Made by a program: the position numbers and the translations under genes. A model generated the notes under the pieces. That model made no database searches. It was not told where the DNA came from and was given only the letters and a program-made list of their open reading frames with translations. From Bacillota bacterium (GTDB lineage Bacteria > Bacillota > Sulfobacillia > Fermentithermobacillales > Fermentithermobacillaceae): a stretch of DNA of 64,000 nucleotides. The stretch's first letter is position 1; each line of letters opens with the position of its first letter. The DNA lies in contig JAXGZG010000005.1 in assembly GCA_040771825.1 (NCBI GenBank), forward strand, positions 99,640-163,639. Reading direction: 5' to 3'. This document shows positions 46,923 through 55,764 of this stretch, in pieces.

Positions 46923-48335
46923 TCATGAAGAAGGAACAAACCGCTCCAGCACGGCCGGCTTGTAGGCCAAGAAAGATTCCTCCTGGTACACCGCCCCATG
47001 CTTCTCGATATCGTGAGCCAGCCTCCTCAAGTCCTCGTTTCCTGCACTTAGGTAGTCTTCGGGGACTTCAATCATTCGACCGGTGGCACCTGGATGCGGA
47101 ACCACAGTAATAGTTGAATACTTGGCAGGCCCGGTAGCCAGGTCCGAGTCTGCCTGCCCCACGAGGTCGGCCGAGCGACTATCAAACCAGGCCAACAGCC
47201 GTTCGGCTATTCTCAGTCCTCCCAGGTCCCAATCAGTCCAGATGAGGACATCCATGCCTGAAAGCCCGCTCATCTTCTCTAGAAGGTAATAAAGCCCGTG
47301 CTTCGGCATGCCGTCGGTGCACACAACCAACCACCCTTCGCGGGCAACATTCTCTTCCGCAAGGATGTCGAGAGCAGCTCGGTTCTCAACCAAGACCAAC
47401 AGGCGAGCAGAGGTATCGACCGCAGAAGCCGCTCTGAGATCCCGAGTTGATATGGTCGGGACGGTACCCCAGATGGACTGCCCATCCACCGCAAGGCCTC
47501 CATGAAATGGGATCCAATAGAGAAGGTGAGCGCCTCTCACCCCGAGTTCCTCTAGGGAGATCCCGAGGTCCGATTCTGCCACCTGGGCTATGGGCCCGCG
47601 CAGACTCTCCAAATGTTTGACCGAATCTCGCTCCCCAAGATGAAGCCGGCCTGAAATCTCCTTGAACTCAAGGGAGACATCCTCCGGCTGAGAACCAAGG
47701 TAAGCGAAGAACTCAAGAATACGAAGGTAGTTGCGGCTTGCCTTGGGCGATAGGTAGTCAATCTGGGAGTCTACCTCCTGCAGAAAGAACACCGGTCCCC
47801 CCGAGCGAACCGCATCCAATTGCCTTGACAAGAACTGGTGAATTACCGGCCTGCGACACTCTGAGAGATACTTTTCTAGCCTGCCTGCCAAATCCTCTCT
47901 AGGACCTGGGGGAACGGTGCCAAACGCGGCGTCCAGATGCTTCCATCCAACTTCGGTCACGGTCAAGTAGGAACGAATTGGTGTGTTGGCACGGTCTAAG
48001 GTTTCTTCTCGCTCAAGTATGCCGAGTCCGATGAGAGAATCGACAATAGCCTGTGTGTTGACCTGCTTGCGGCCGCGTCTGGATAATCGGTTTCTGAAGG
48101 AACTCTCGCTAAGGCGCTTTGTGCCCTTCGTGCGTGACTCATTGAGCAGTCTAAGAGCGTCATGAACTCCAGCTTTCGATGACAAGTCAGCTACAAGGGC
48201 ATGGGATTCGCCGGATGGCCGCCTGGTTACTCGCCGTACCGGCTTGGCACCGGAACGTGAGGAGTTGTAGTAGGTTACGACCTCTAGCGACCCGGAAAGC
48301 CTTGTATCCGAGAATAGAGGCTCGCGCGAAGGCAC
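46923..48335 (-). CDS. JetD/MksG-like protein: wHTH-like N-terminal part plus C-terminal Toprim-like domain
   Basis: GTG start 7 nt after GAGGTGA. The C-terminus has LLVLVENRAALDIL...VVCTDGMPKHG...VLIWTDWDLGGLRIAERL, i.e. a conserved Glu plus DxD, as in the DUF2220-type Toprim of Wadjet JetD. Confidence 0.65.
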   Translation of the reverse strand: MPSREPLFSDTRLSGSLEVVTYYNSSRSGAKPVRRVTRRPSGESHALVADLSSKAGVHDALRLLNESRTKGTKRLSESSFRNRLSRRGRKQVNTQAIVDSLIGLGILEREETLDRANTPIRSYLTVTEVGWKHLDAAFGTVPPGPREDLAGRLEKYLSECRRPVIHQFLSRQLDAVRSGGPVFFLQEVDSQIDYLSPKASRNYLRILEFFAYLGSQPEDVSLEFKEISGRLHLGERDSVKHLESLRGPIAQVAESDLGISLEELGVRGAHLLYWIPFHGGLAVDGQSIWGTVPTISTRDLRAASAVDTSARLLVLVENRAALDILAEENVAREGWLVVCTDGMPKHGLYYLLEKMSGLSGMDVLIWTDWDLGGLRIAERLLAWFDSRSADLVGQADSDLATGPAKYSTITVVPHPGATGRMIEVPEDYLSAGNEDLRRLAHDIEKHGAVYQEESFLAYKPAVLERFVPSS

Positions 48336-48373
48336 GGCCCATCACCTCAATTGTAGAGTCTTCTTTTGGCCTC

Positions 48374-51300
48374 CTACGCCTTGCGCCTGAAAACCCGGGT
48401 TTTGGAGCCTTCTTCCGGAGAACGATACACTCCAATCCCAAACTCTGTCTGGGCAAGATGGCTCTTGTTCAGCCTGTGAGAGATGATGATGTACTTACGG
48501 TCAAGTTCTTCTCTCAGGATTGCCGACAGCCTAAGCACGTTGGCCGGATCCAACGATTGATCGATTTCATCGAAAATGTAGAAGGGCCTACGGTACTCTT
48601 TCACCATTGCCAGAGTCAGTAGCGCAGCTATTGCGCTAGTCTCCCCTCCCGAACGGTTCCTTAGGAGAGGCTTGGGTTCTACGCCTTCGTACACCGACAC
48701 GTGTATGTTCAGTTCGAACTGAGCACCCTGTATCGGCTCGACCGTCAGATGCCCCCGCCAGCCAAAACGCTCCATGTACTTTTGGAAACGCGCTGAAATG
48801 TTAGTGAACGTCTGCTGCATAAGGTTTCTGAAGTTGTCTTGGGCGGCGCTTTCCTTGCCGGAGGCATCCTCGAAGGCGGCTTGCACGCGTTCAAGGTCGG
48901 ACTGTGATTTCTCAAATTGGTCCTTGGCCGCCTTGTAATCCTCCTCAGCGGTTGAGATAACGTTATCCTTCAGCGCCAAAACTGCGGGTTTGACTTCGGC
49001 CATGCGCTTAACCCACCTGGCGCGTTGCGCCTCGCTGGCGCCCCGTGAGGCCTTGGCAGCTTCAGAGCCCTTAGAACTTACTTCGTCGTCGGTCATCCCG
49101 GGCGTATCGAAGGCACTGCGCCACACATCGAAGATAGCGCCAGAAGACGCCTGTACGTCTCTGAGACTACGCCTCTTCTCCTCCACACGCTGGCGCAGGT
49201 CAGCCACCGTCGGCCCGACGTCAGTCAACCTAGATGATACATATTCAAGATGGATCCCGGTCTCGGAGATCTTCTGAGAGAGTCCGAAAACTGTACTGTT
49301 GAGCTCATCCCTCTCTTGCTGAGCGGCGTCCGCCTCTCTGCGGGCCTGGCCTTCCTTTGCCCTGAGTTCCGCCACGTTCTGCTTCATCACCGGCAGCTGG
49401 CCGTACTGCTTTAGTTTTTCCAACCGTCTCCCCGCAGCCTCGAGACTGTCCGCGGTTCGCGCTAGATGCACCTTCAAGTCGGTCAGGGATTCGCGGACGT
49501 TCGCGAGCTCACTTTGGAGCGCCTGAAATTGCTCTTCAAAGCCGGTCAACCGTGAAGTGTCATCGGGGATGCGATCCGCCAAGTCGTCTACCTGACTTCT
49601 GGCCTCTCGAGCTTTCGCCAAGCGAGCATCAAGTGTTCTGACCCGCTGTGAAAGAGTCTCCTTTTCCTTGAGAGCCTCGTCGACGTCTGCCTGTGCCGAC
49701 CTTCGCTCTTCCTCCGCCCTCTCCAAAGCCATTTCGTAAGCTTCCTGTCCCAGCCGGAAGTCGTTGGGGACCGAGTACCTCCGCCCGTACCTGTCATAGC
49801 GGTACCCGTCGGATGTATATGCAGTAAATCCTTTAGAAGCCATGGCCATAGCAGTTTCGTGGCCTTGGACAAAGATGACGGAGTCCAAAATCCGCGTCAG
49901 CATATCGGAGATGGACTGAGGAAGCCCGGTAGCCTGTGTAAGCACTCGGGTGACAGAAGTCACGTCCGGTAGCGGCGCGTCGGCTTCCCCGGCAACGCCA
50001 AGCATCTCAGCCTCACCGAAGTCACAGATAGTGTACTCTGAGTAGTCCACTAGGACGCGGCCGTCTTCCACCAAGACCGCCCACCGCAAGTCGCCTAGGG
50101 CACCCTCAAGCGCACGCCGCTTTTCTACCGGCATGCCGGTCGGAGGCGAAACACATTCGCCAAGCACCGCTGCTTCTGTTCCTCCGGCGATGAACCTGTC
50201 TCTAGCCTCTATTGCGTTAGGCGGCGTGGCAGTGCGCTGCTTCAAGAGAGCATCGACCTCGCGCTCTGCCTTCTGCACACGCTCCTTGCCCAGAGCCAAC
50301 CGCTCCTGAACCGCCGCGAGGCGTGGTCTCTCCCTTTCGAGATTACCCGCGATAGACTCGGGGCTTCCGTAGGATGACAGCACTTCCCGGGACCTTTTTA
50401 GGTCATCTGCCATCCGCTCCAGCGACTGCCGCAAAGACACTACCGACTCCTGAGACTTCCTAGTCGCTGCTTCCAGCTCCTCAACCTTGGTGCCGGCAGT
50501 GCGGATGTCTGCCTCCACTGAAGTTTTCTTCGCTTCAAGGTCCAAAACAGCACGCTGAGCTTCTTCCAAGGTCAACCCCTCAGAAAGCGCGACTTCAATT
50601 TCGGACACCTGCCTTTGCAGATCGTCCGCCTGCCTCCGGAAATCATTGCGCTGGGAAGTTGCCGACGCATGGAGACTGACCGCTTCTTGCAGGTCCTTGT
50701 CAGCTTCTCTGCGCTCGTCTTCCAACCGAGCTTTCTCGAAGCCGTACGTCTCCTTTTCCTTCAGTAGATTAGATTGCTTCTCCGTCTCCTCCGAAAGCCG
50801 GGCCGCGGAGCTTCTCTCTTCTTCGATCGCCTGCTCCAACGCATGAATGTGCCTTATCAACTCATCTTGAGCCACTGAACGCCGCAGACCGTCATATTCC
50901 GCCGATAGCGTCCTGAACTCTTCCAAGTTCATCCAGGCCCTCTCTTTCTGAGCAAGCCCGTCGCGAAGCGTCACGTTCTGCATCTGGGCATTCCTGAGTT
51001 CCGTCAGCGCAAGGTTCTTGGCGTCAAGAGTATCCTGCCATCGCCTCTCCAGATCCTCCAAGCCCAGGAACTGCTTCATTGTCTCGTACCGCAACCTGGG
51101 CTTCATCTGGACCAGCGCCGTGCTTTCGCCCTGTTGGATGAACATGAATCGATCGTCGGGCTGAATGTTGAAAGGCGGACGTCGAAAAATGTCCTCGTAC
51201 TCCTGGTGCGTCCGGTAGACCTGACGCTTGCCGTCTATCGCCGTGTAGTATCTGGAGAACGGCCTGGCGTTCTCGTATCCAAACTCCAACCCCAGCACAA

Positions 51301-51583
51301 CCGTTTCCGGCCAGTCCGGATTCCAAAGATCATCGCGTCTATTCAGGACGGTGAGTTCAGCCACTGCCCGCTTGTTCACCCTGCCGGTACGCTCATCCAG
51401 GTAGCTTTGATGCAAGTCGGAAGGGGGGTCGCCCATCAGAGCCTGAATCATCCGGGCAACAGTGCTCTTCCCGGAACCATTGGGGCCAAACATGATCACT
51501 TCCTTGACATCGGCTCCGCCGAGGCTGATGGCGTGGTTTCCGTAAGCCCGCACACCTGACAACCGCAACTCAAGGGGTATCAT
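48374..51583 (-). CDS. SMC-like ATPase (JetC/MksB position)
   Basis: 1069 aa. Walker A GPNGSGKST at the N-terminus. Two long coiled-coil arms flank a ~130-aa globular middle segment. C-terminal SGGETS signature, Walker B FYIFDEIDQSLD and IIISH. Confidence 0.85.
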   Translation of the reverse strand: MIPLELRLSGVRAYGNHAISLGGADVKEVIMFGPNGSGKSTVARMIQALMGDPPSDLHQSYLDERTGRVNKRAVAELTVLNRRDDLWNPDWPETVVLGLEFGYENARPFSRYYTAIDGKRQVYRTHQEYEDIFRRPPFNIQPDDRFMFIQQGESTALVQMKPRLRYETMKQFLGLEDLERRWQDTLDAKNLALTELRNAQMQNVTLRDGLAQKERAWMNLEEFRTLSAEYDGLRRSVAQDELIRHIHALEQAIEEERSSAARLSEETEKQSNLLKEKETYGFEKARLEDERREADKDLQEAVSLHASATSQRNDFRRQADDLQRQVSEIEVALSEGLTLEEAQRAVLDLEAKKTSVEADIRTAGTKVEELEAATRKSQESVVSLRQSLERMADDLKRSREVLSSYGSPESIAGNLERERPRLAAVQERLALGKERVQKAEREVDALLKQRTATPPNAIEARDRFIAGGTEAAVLGECVSPPTGMPVEKRRALEGALGDLRWAVLVEDGRVLVDYSEYTICDFGEAEMLGVAGEADAPLPDVTSVTRVLTQATGLPQSISDMLTRILDSVIFVQGHETAMAMASKGFTAYTSDGYRYDRYGRRYSVPNDFRLGQEAYEMALERAEEERRSAQADVDEALKEKETLSQRVRTLDARLAKAREARSQVDDLADRIPDDTSRLTGFEEQFQALQSELANVRESLTDLKVHLARTADSLEAAGRRLEKLKQYGQLPVMKQNVAELRAKEGQARREADAAQQERDELNSTVFGLSQKISETGIHLEYVSSRLTDVGPTVADLRQRVEEKRRSLRDVQASSGAIFDVWRSAFDTPGMTDDEVSSKGSEAAKASRGASEAQRARWVKRMAEVKPAVLALKDNVISTAEEDYKAAKDQFEKSQSDLERVQAAFEDASGKESAAQDNFRNLMQQTFTNISARFQKYMERFGWRGHLTVEPIQGAQFELNIHVSVYEGVEPKPLLRNRSGGETSAIAALLTLAMVKEYRRPFYIFDEIDQSLDPANVLRLSAILREELDRKYIIISHRLNKSHLAQTEFGIGVYRSPEEGSKTRVFRRKA

Positions 51584-52869
51584 GAGGCACCTCCGTCTTC
51601 GCTCGAGCCGCCACTGGCGGTGATTTCCACTTCTGCCTCGGCGTCTTGTACGGCTTCATCCACTGCCTCGTCACCCGCCTCTTCAGCGTCTGTGGCTGAC
51701 ACCTGGTCCATTGCCAGCACCTGCTCGAAGTTGACCTCGACAAACTCTCGCAGATGGTCCACGATTTCGGGCCCTGGTCTCAGGTTCAAAGCCAGCGATA
51801 GGGCCATCTTCCCCGCAGGAGTCATCCCGAGTCTCCCTGTTCGCGAGATGGAGATCCACCCCTTCTTCGCCAGTACGGAGAGAGTTCGGGACAAAAACCG
51901 GCTCGGGCCCTTGACCCTCCCTGTGAAAACGGGCAACAGTTGGGAACGATTGAGCCTTCGCCGCCCGGACTCGCACAGATACCAGATGTAGGCAGCCAGA
52001 GCTACCGCGGCGGAGGTCACTGGGTTCAAACCCGCCTGGAACACCCTGGAAGCGTCCACCAAGGCCACAACCCTATCGTCGGAAACCTTTATCCGAAAGT
52101 AGCGGTCGAAGCCCTGTCCCAGGCAGTACGACTCGAAGCCGTTCAGAGAGTCCTCACCCAAGGAGCGCAGCGCGGAAGCGACGGTCGGGGGCCGGCCGCA
52201 GGCGGTACCCACAATCACCCTACGTATCAGCTTCTCGTATTTGGGTTCCGGCCCGGAAAAGTCAAACAGACTGGGCGGAAGGACTACCTGCTTCCTATCC
52301 TCACGGCGGCCTGACCCGAAAAACGCCGCCACTTCGGCAGGTCTAAAGTCTCTGCCCTGCGACTCGGATACAATCTTTTGAAGAAACACGGGACCCATGG
52401 ACTCCATGCCCACCGGGGTCGGCTCGTAAGTATACTGGCCATCGAATTGGGACTTATCGACCCAATAGAGCCGCTCAAGTTCGTCAAGCGCCCGCGCCAC
52501 ACTCCTGCTTGCGCTCCGCTCCGCGGAGACAAACTGTTCAATAATGACGGACTTGGGCACGGGGATGGAGTTGTCCTGCCGCCACTTGGCGACAAACAAG
52601 AACACGGCAATGGCTTGGGCGGAAATGGGAGACTCCCTAGAAATCAGCTCTCGGGAAGCGATCCCTAGAGTTACGGTACGGCCGTCGGCGAGAACACGGA
52701 AATACCTACCAAGACACGAGGACCGAATGTAAGAGAAGAAGCCCGTGAGGTCATCGTCACCGATAAGCCGTTGAACCGCGCTTTGAGTGATGGACTTGCC
52801 TAGACTTGTCCCACACAGGATAGCCCGGATGGCCAGATCATACTTATCGTTATACATCGCGATGCTCAA
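51580..52869 (-). CDS. internally duplicated winged-helix protein (JetB/MksE/ScpB position)
   Basis: 429 aa. Residues ~5-150 and ~205-350 align to each other (YDLAIRAILCGT...GRYFRVLADGRTVTLGIASR vs YEKLIRRVIVGT...DRYFRIKVSDDRVVALVDAS). Acidic C-terminal tail. ATGA overlap with the ATPase gene. Confidence 0.55.
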   Translation of the reverse strand: MSIAMYNDKYDLAIRAILCGTSLGKSITQSAVQRLIGDDDLTGFFSYIRSSCLGRYFRVLADGRTVTLGIASRELISRESPISAQAIAVFLFVAKWRQDNSIPVPKSVIIEQFVSAERSASRSVARALDELERLYWVDKSQFDGQYTYEPTPVGMESMGPVFLQKIVSESQGRDFRPAEVAAFFGSGRREDRKQVVLPPSLFDFSGPEPKYEKLIRRVIVGTACGRPPTVASALRSLGEDSLNGFESYCLGQGFDRYFRIKVSDDRVVALVDASRVFQAGLNPVTSAAVALAAYIWYLCESGRRRLNRSQLLPVFTGRVKGPSRFLSRTLSVLAKKGWISISRTGRLGMTPAGKMALSLALNLRPGPEIVDHLREFVEVNFEQVLAMDQVSATDAEEAGDEAVDEAVQDAEAEVEITASGGSSEDGGAS

Positions 52870-54238
52870 GGGCTTCCATCACCGCCTTTCTTCTTATCAG
52901 GATCTCGCCCAACATCACCAATCTGTCAGACTCATACACTTCACACGAGTGCCTGCCCGAGGCCATGCCTTTGGTGACTACCTCGCCGGCTGCAGCGGCG
53001 GACATGAGAATGTCATCCCATCGTTCTACAGCCTTCAGAAGATGGGACTCGTGGACTTCGCCTTGGATTGGCAGAGAGGCTAGTACCCGATCGACGTAGG
53101 GAGCAAAGTCTTCGTCAAATTCCCCTTCTTCGTAGGAGTTCAGGTCTCCTTCGATGGAAGACGTAATCTCAGGTTCCGGCGGTATTGCTCCCGGGGCGGC
53201 GTGTTCTCTGCCCAAAGTATCTGCTACAAACTCCTCCAGCTGATCGTAGCTGGGATAGCCCGGAAGGTATATCGGGAGCGTCACATCGCCAGCCTCTCCG
53301 GCCATTTCAAGAAGCCTATCTCCGGCGAACACACTACAAAGCCAATTATAGAACTTGGTCTTGTTGATCAGGTTCATCTCCGAAAGGGCCTTCCCGGTAG
53401 AGTGGGAGAGCACTCCGGTCATTGCTTTGAAAGCCACCCCGAGGGCTCCTGTCCGTGCCTTCTCGACCCTATCGACGATAGGCAAAGCGTACCTAAAGCC
53501 CTGCTTCTTTTGGTCATCCAGAACACCTTGCACAAAATCGTACCTGTCCAGTATGGCCTTTATCTGTTCTATGGCCACGCCTTCCATTATGTAGTCATAG
53601 AGGCGGCGCTCTACGTCCCGGTAACCCTTCTCCAGGAAGCTGAGAGCGCGGTTCAGACTACCGGCTTCATAGCCCTTGCCTTCATAGGCACCCATGAGCT
53701 CGATCTCACGCTGGCTCTGGAACAAAAGCTGCTCTATGGGGTTTTTCCGGTGGAAGCCATACCAATCCTGAAGAACACGGTGAACAGTGCCGAGGAGGCG
53801 GCTTCCCTTGGTCGTCAACTGGACGGACACATCCTTGTTGATCAGGCTCAGGCGATGGCAAGTCGTCAGAAAGCCCGAAGGATCCGCTTTTGGTGCGGCG
53901 CCCCATCTCTCCTTGAACCGGTTCTGGAGGCCTATGTGGCCTCCTACCCCTCCGCCGGTGGCGTACTCTTCTTCCTGTATCAGGAGTAGCATCTTAACTG
54001 CGTCGATTAGCTTCTCCGGGTTTCTGCCGTCATCGCTGACTGCATAAGCGAGACTCGCAAGATCAGACAGGTCCCGCGCGGCCAGTATGAGGGCGTTGGG
54101 AGAATCACCCGTTAGGAAGTCGGTCTTTTGGACCGATGGATCCTCCTGACCCTGCTCCATGTGGGCTGCGGCTTCTCCCGGCTTGGGCGCCATCGGAAGC
54201 GCAGGTTGGTCTTGAAAATCGAACTGGTCAGGAGACAT
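52850..54238 (-). CDS. hypothetical protein in the JetA/MksF (kleisin) position
   Basis: 462 aa, first gene of the operon, GGAGG SD 8 nt upstream. Overlaps the next gene by 20 nt. I recognise no named motif, so the call rests on position and size only. Confidence 0.4.
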   Translation of the reverse strand: MSPDQFDFQDQPALPMAPKPGEAAAHMEQGQEDPSVQKTDFLTGDSPNALILAARDLSDLASLAYAVSDDGRNPEKLIDAVKMLLLIQEEEYATGGGVGGHIGLQNRFKERWGAAPKADPSGFLTTCHRLSLINKDVSVQLTTKGSRLLGTVHRVLQDWYGFHRKNPIEQLLFQSQREIELMGAYEGKGYEAGSLNRALSFLEKGYRDVERRLYDYIMEGVAIEQIKAILDRYDFVQGVLDDQKKQGFRYALPIVDRVEKARTGALGVAFKAMTGVLSHSTGKALSEMNLINKTKFYNWLCSVFAGDRLLEMAGEAGDVTLPIYLPGYPSYDQLEEFVADTLGREHAAPGAIPPEPEITSSIEGDLNSYEEGEFDEDFAPYVDRVLASLPIQGEVHESHLLKAVERWDDILMSAAAAGEVVTKGMASGRHSCEVYESDRLVMLGEILIRRKAVMEALEHRDV

Positions 54239-54288
54239 CAGAAAACCTCCGGAGAAAGGTCCGTGTGAACGACTATTGTAACAAGTTG

Positions 54289-54297
54289 ATTATACCA
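54289..54297 (-). promoter_or_regulatory. extended -10 promoter element (TGGTATAAT) for the SMC/Toprim operon
   Basis: The reverse complement of 54289-54297 reads TGGTATAAT, ~50 nt upstream of the 54238 start codon. No convincing -35 element. Confidence 0.3.
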
Positions 54298-54642
54298 TTT
54301 GGGGAGGCACACCCTCCGATACTTCTGATTCCTACTGCTTGATCTTGGCACCCTTACTTCGGGGTCTTTGAGCGAGTGACGATTTTCGCCTTCATGGTCT
54401 GCTCTTTGTCGTTTCACGACACCTAACCTCAGCTCAGCGCGGGCGGTGCGGAGCATAGCCGTAGATGAAAGCGTACACGTCGAGGCCACACCCAATAACG
54501 GATATGCTTTCATCTCGGTTCAGGGCGTGAACCCACGTGCCTACTCGTTTGGCGTCGGTGACCGTTCTTCGGGGACGTCCTATTTGACACGCAAGGCGGC
54601 GCTGTGGTATGTATTTCTCTCAGTCTCCACGGAGGTACCGCC

Positions 54643-55764
54643 ATGACCTTGTCGGTGCGGAAGTATTGGGTGCTCGCGTCCAAGGGGTTCATGCAGAACC
54701 TGCAGTACTCCGCGTCGCACCTCATCAACACCCTTGCAAGCGCTATCTTCGGTGTCATCTACATTTACCTGTGGAAAAGCGTTACGCCCCCCGCCGGGTT
54801 TGGGGAGTACACACCTCACCTTGTGACCTCGTACATCGCGGTCAATCAGGCTACAATGTGGTTCACCCAGTTCCCGCTTCGCGTCCACGTAAAGATTAGA
54901 GACTCCATCCGCTCCGGCAACATAGCCACAGAACTCACGCGCCCCGTGGACTTCTTTTGGTACAGAATCACCACCGAATATGGCTCAATGGTGTACAGCC
55001 AAATATTCCGGGGCCTCCCTGTCGGACTAATGCTGTCTGCATTTGGCCTGTACCTCCCGCAAAGGGCAACGACTTGGGGATGGACCCTGCTCGCCCTACT
55101 ATTCGGCGCCTACATTTCGATTGTTGAGTCCTACCTGGTGGGCGTTGCGGCCTTCTGGACCACCGAGACTAGGACGGCCTGGTATGTGGTATCCACTTTG
55201 AACCTTACGCTTGGCGGAGGATCGATGCCGCTGGAGGTGCTGCCGGCCCCCATCTATCAACTGGCAAGGTGGTCCCCCTTTGCGTGCCTCACATACAATC
55301 CTTCGCGCATCTACCTTGAACTTTCTGGACCCGGTCCGATCCTGCCGGCTTCGGCGTGGGCTGTCGCCCTCACGGTGTTGGCGCGCCATGTCACCCGCAT
55401 CGCACGAGCGAAACTGGAGGTGCAGGGGGATGAAAACCGCCATGTCCCGCGTTTTTGCCGGCATGCGGCTCTACTGGCTGCTGGTCTCGGCAAGCGTCCG
55501 GGCCAAAATGCAGTACAAACTGGACTTCATCTCGTCCGTCATCATACAGGCAATCATGGGAGTATACGACTACTTCGTAATCGCAGTGGTGCTGTGGAAG
55601 TTCGGGTCCATAAAAGGCTGGGACATCAGGGAGATCGGCATCCTCTATGCGGTGTCCCGCGTGGGGTTCGGGATCTACCGGACTATAGGCGAGGAACTAG
55701 AGCGCTTCGAGAACTACATCGTGGGAGGCAACTTCGACTCGGTCCTCATCCGACCTTGGCCTAG
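54643..55764 (+). CDS. ABC-2 family transporter permease (stop apparently lost at a G5 run)
   Basis: ATG at 54643 after GGAGG. Typical ABC-2/DUF990-like membrane protein up to ...RIARAKLEVQG. The remaining ~110 codons are Arg-rich and lie out of frame over the next permease gene. A G6 instead of G5 at 55425-55429 would give ...EVQGG-stop in an ATGA overlap with the next start. Confidence 0.65.
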   Translation: MTLSVRKYWVLASKGFMQNLQYSASHLINTLASAIFGVIYIYLWKSVTPPAGFGEYTPHLVTSYIAVNQATMWFTQFPLRVHVKIRDSIRSGNIATELTRPVDFFWYRITTEYGSMVYSQIFRGLPVGLMLSAFGLYLPQRATTWGWTLLALLFGAYISIVESYLVGVAAFWTTETRTAWYVVSTLNLTLGGGSMPLEVLPAPIYQLARWSPFACLTYNPSRIYLELSGPGPILPASAWAVALTVLARHVTRIARAKLEVQGDENRHVPRFCRHAALLAAGLGKRPGQNAVQTGLHLVRHHTGNHGSIRLLRNRSGAVEVRVHKRLGHQGDRHPLCGVPRGVRDLPDYRRGTRALRELHRGRQLRLGPHPTLA

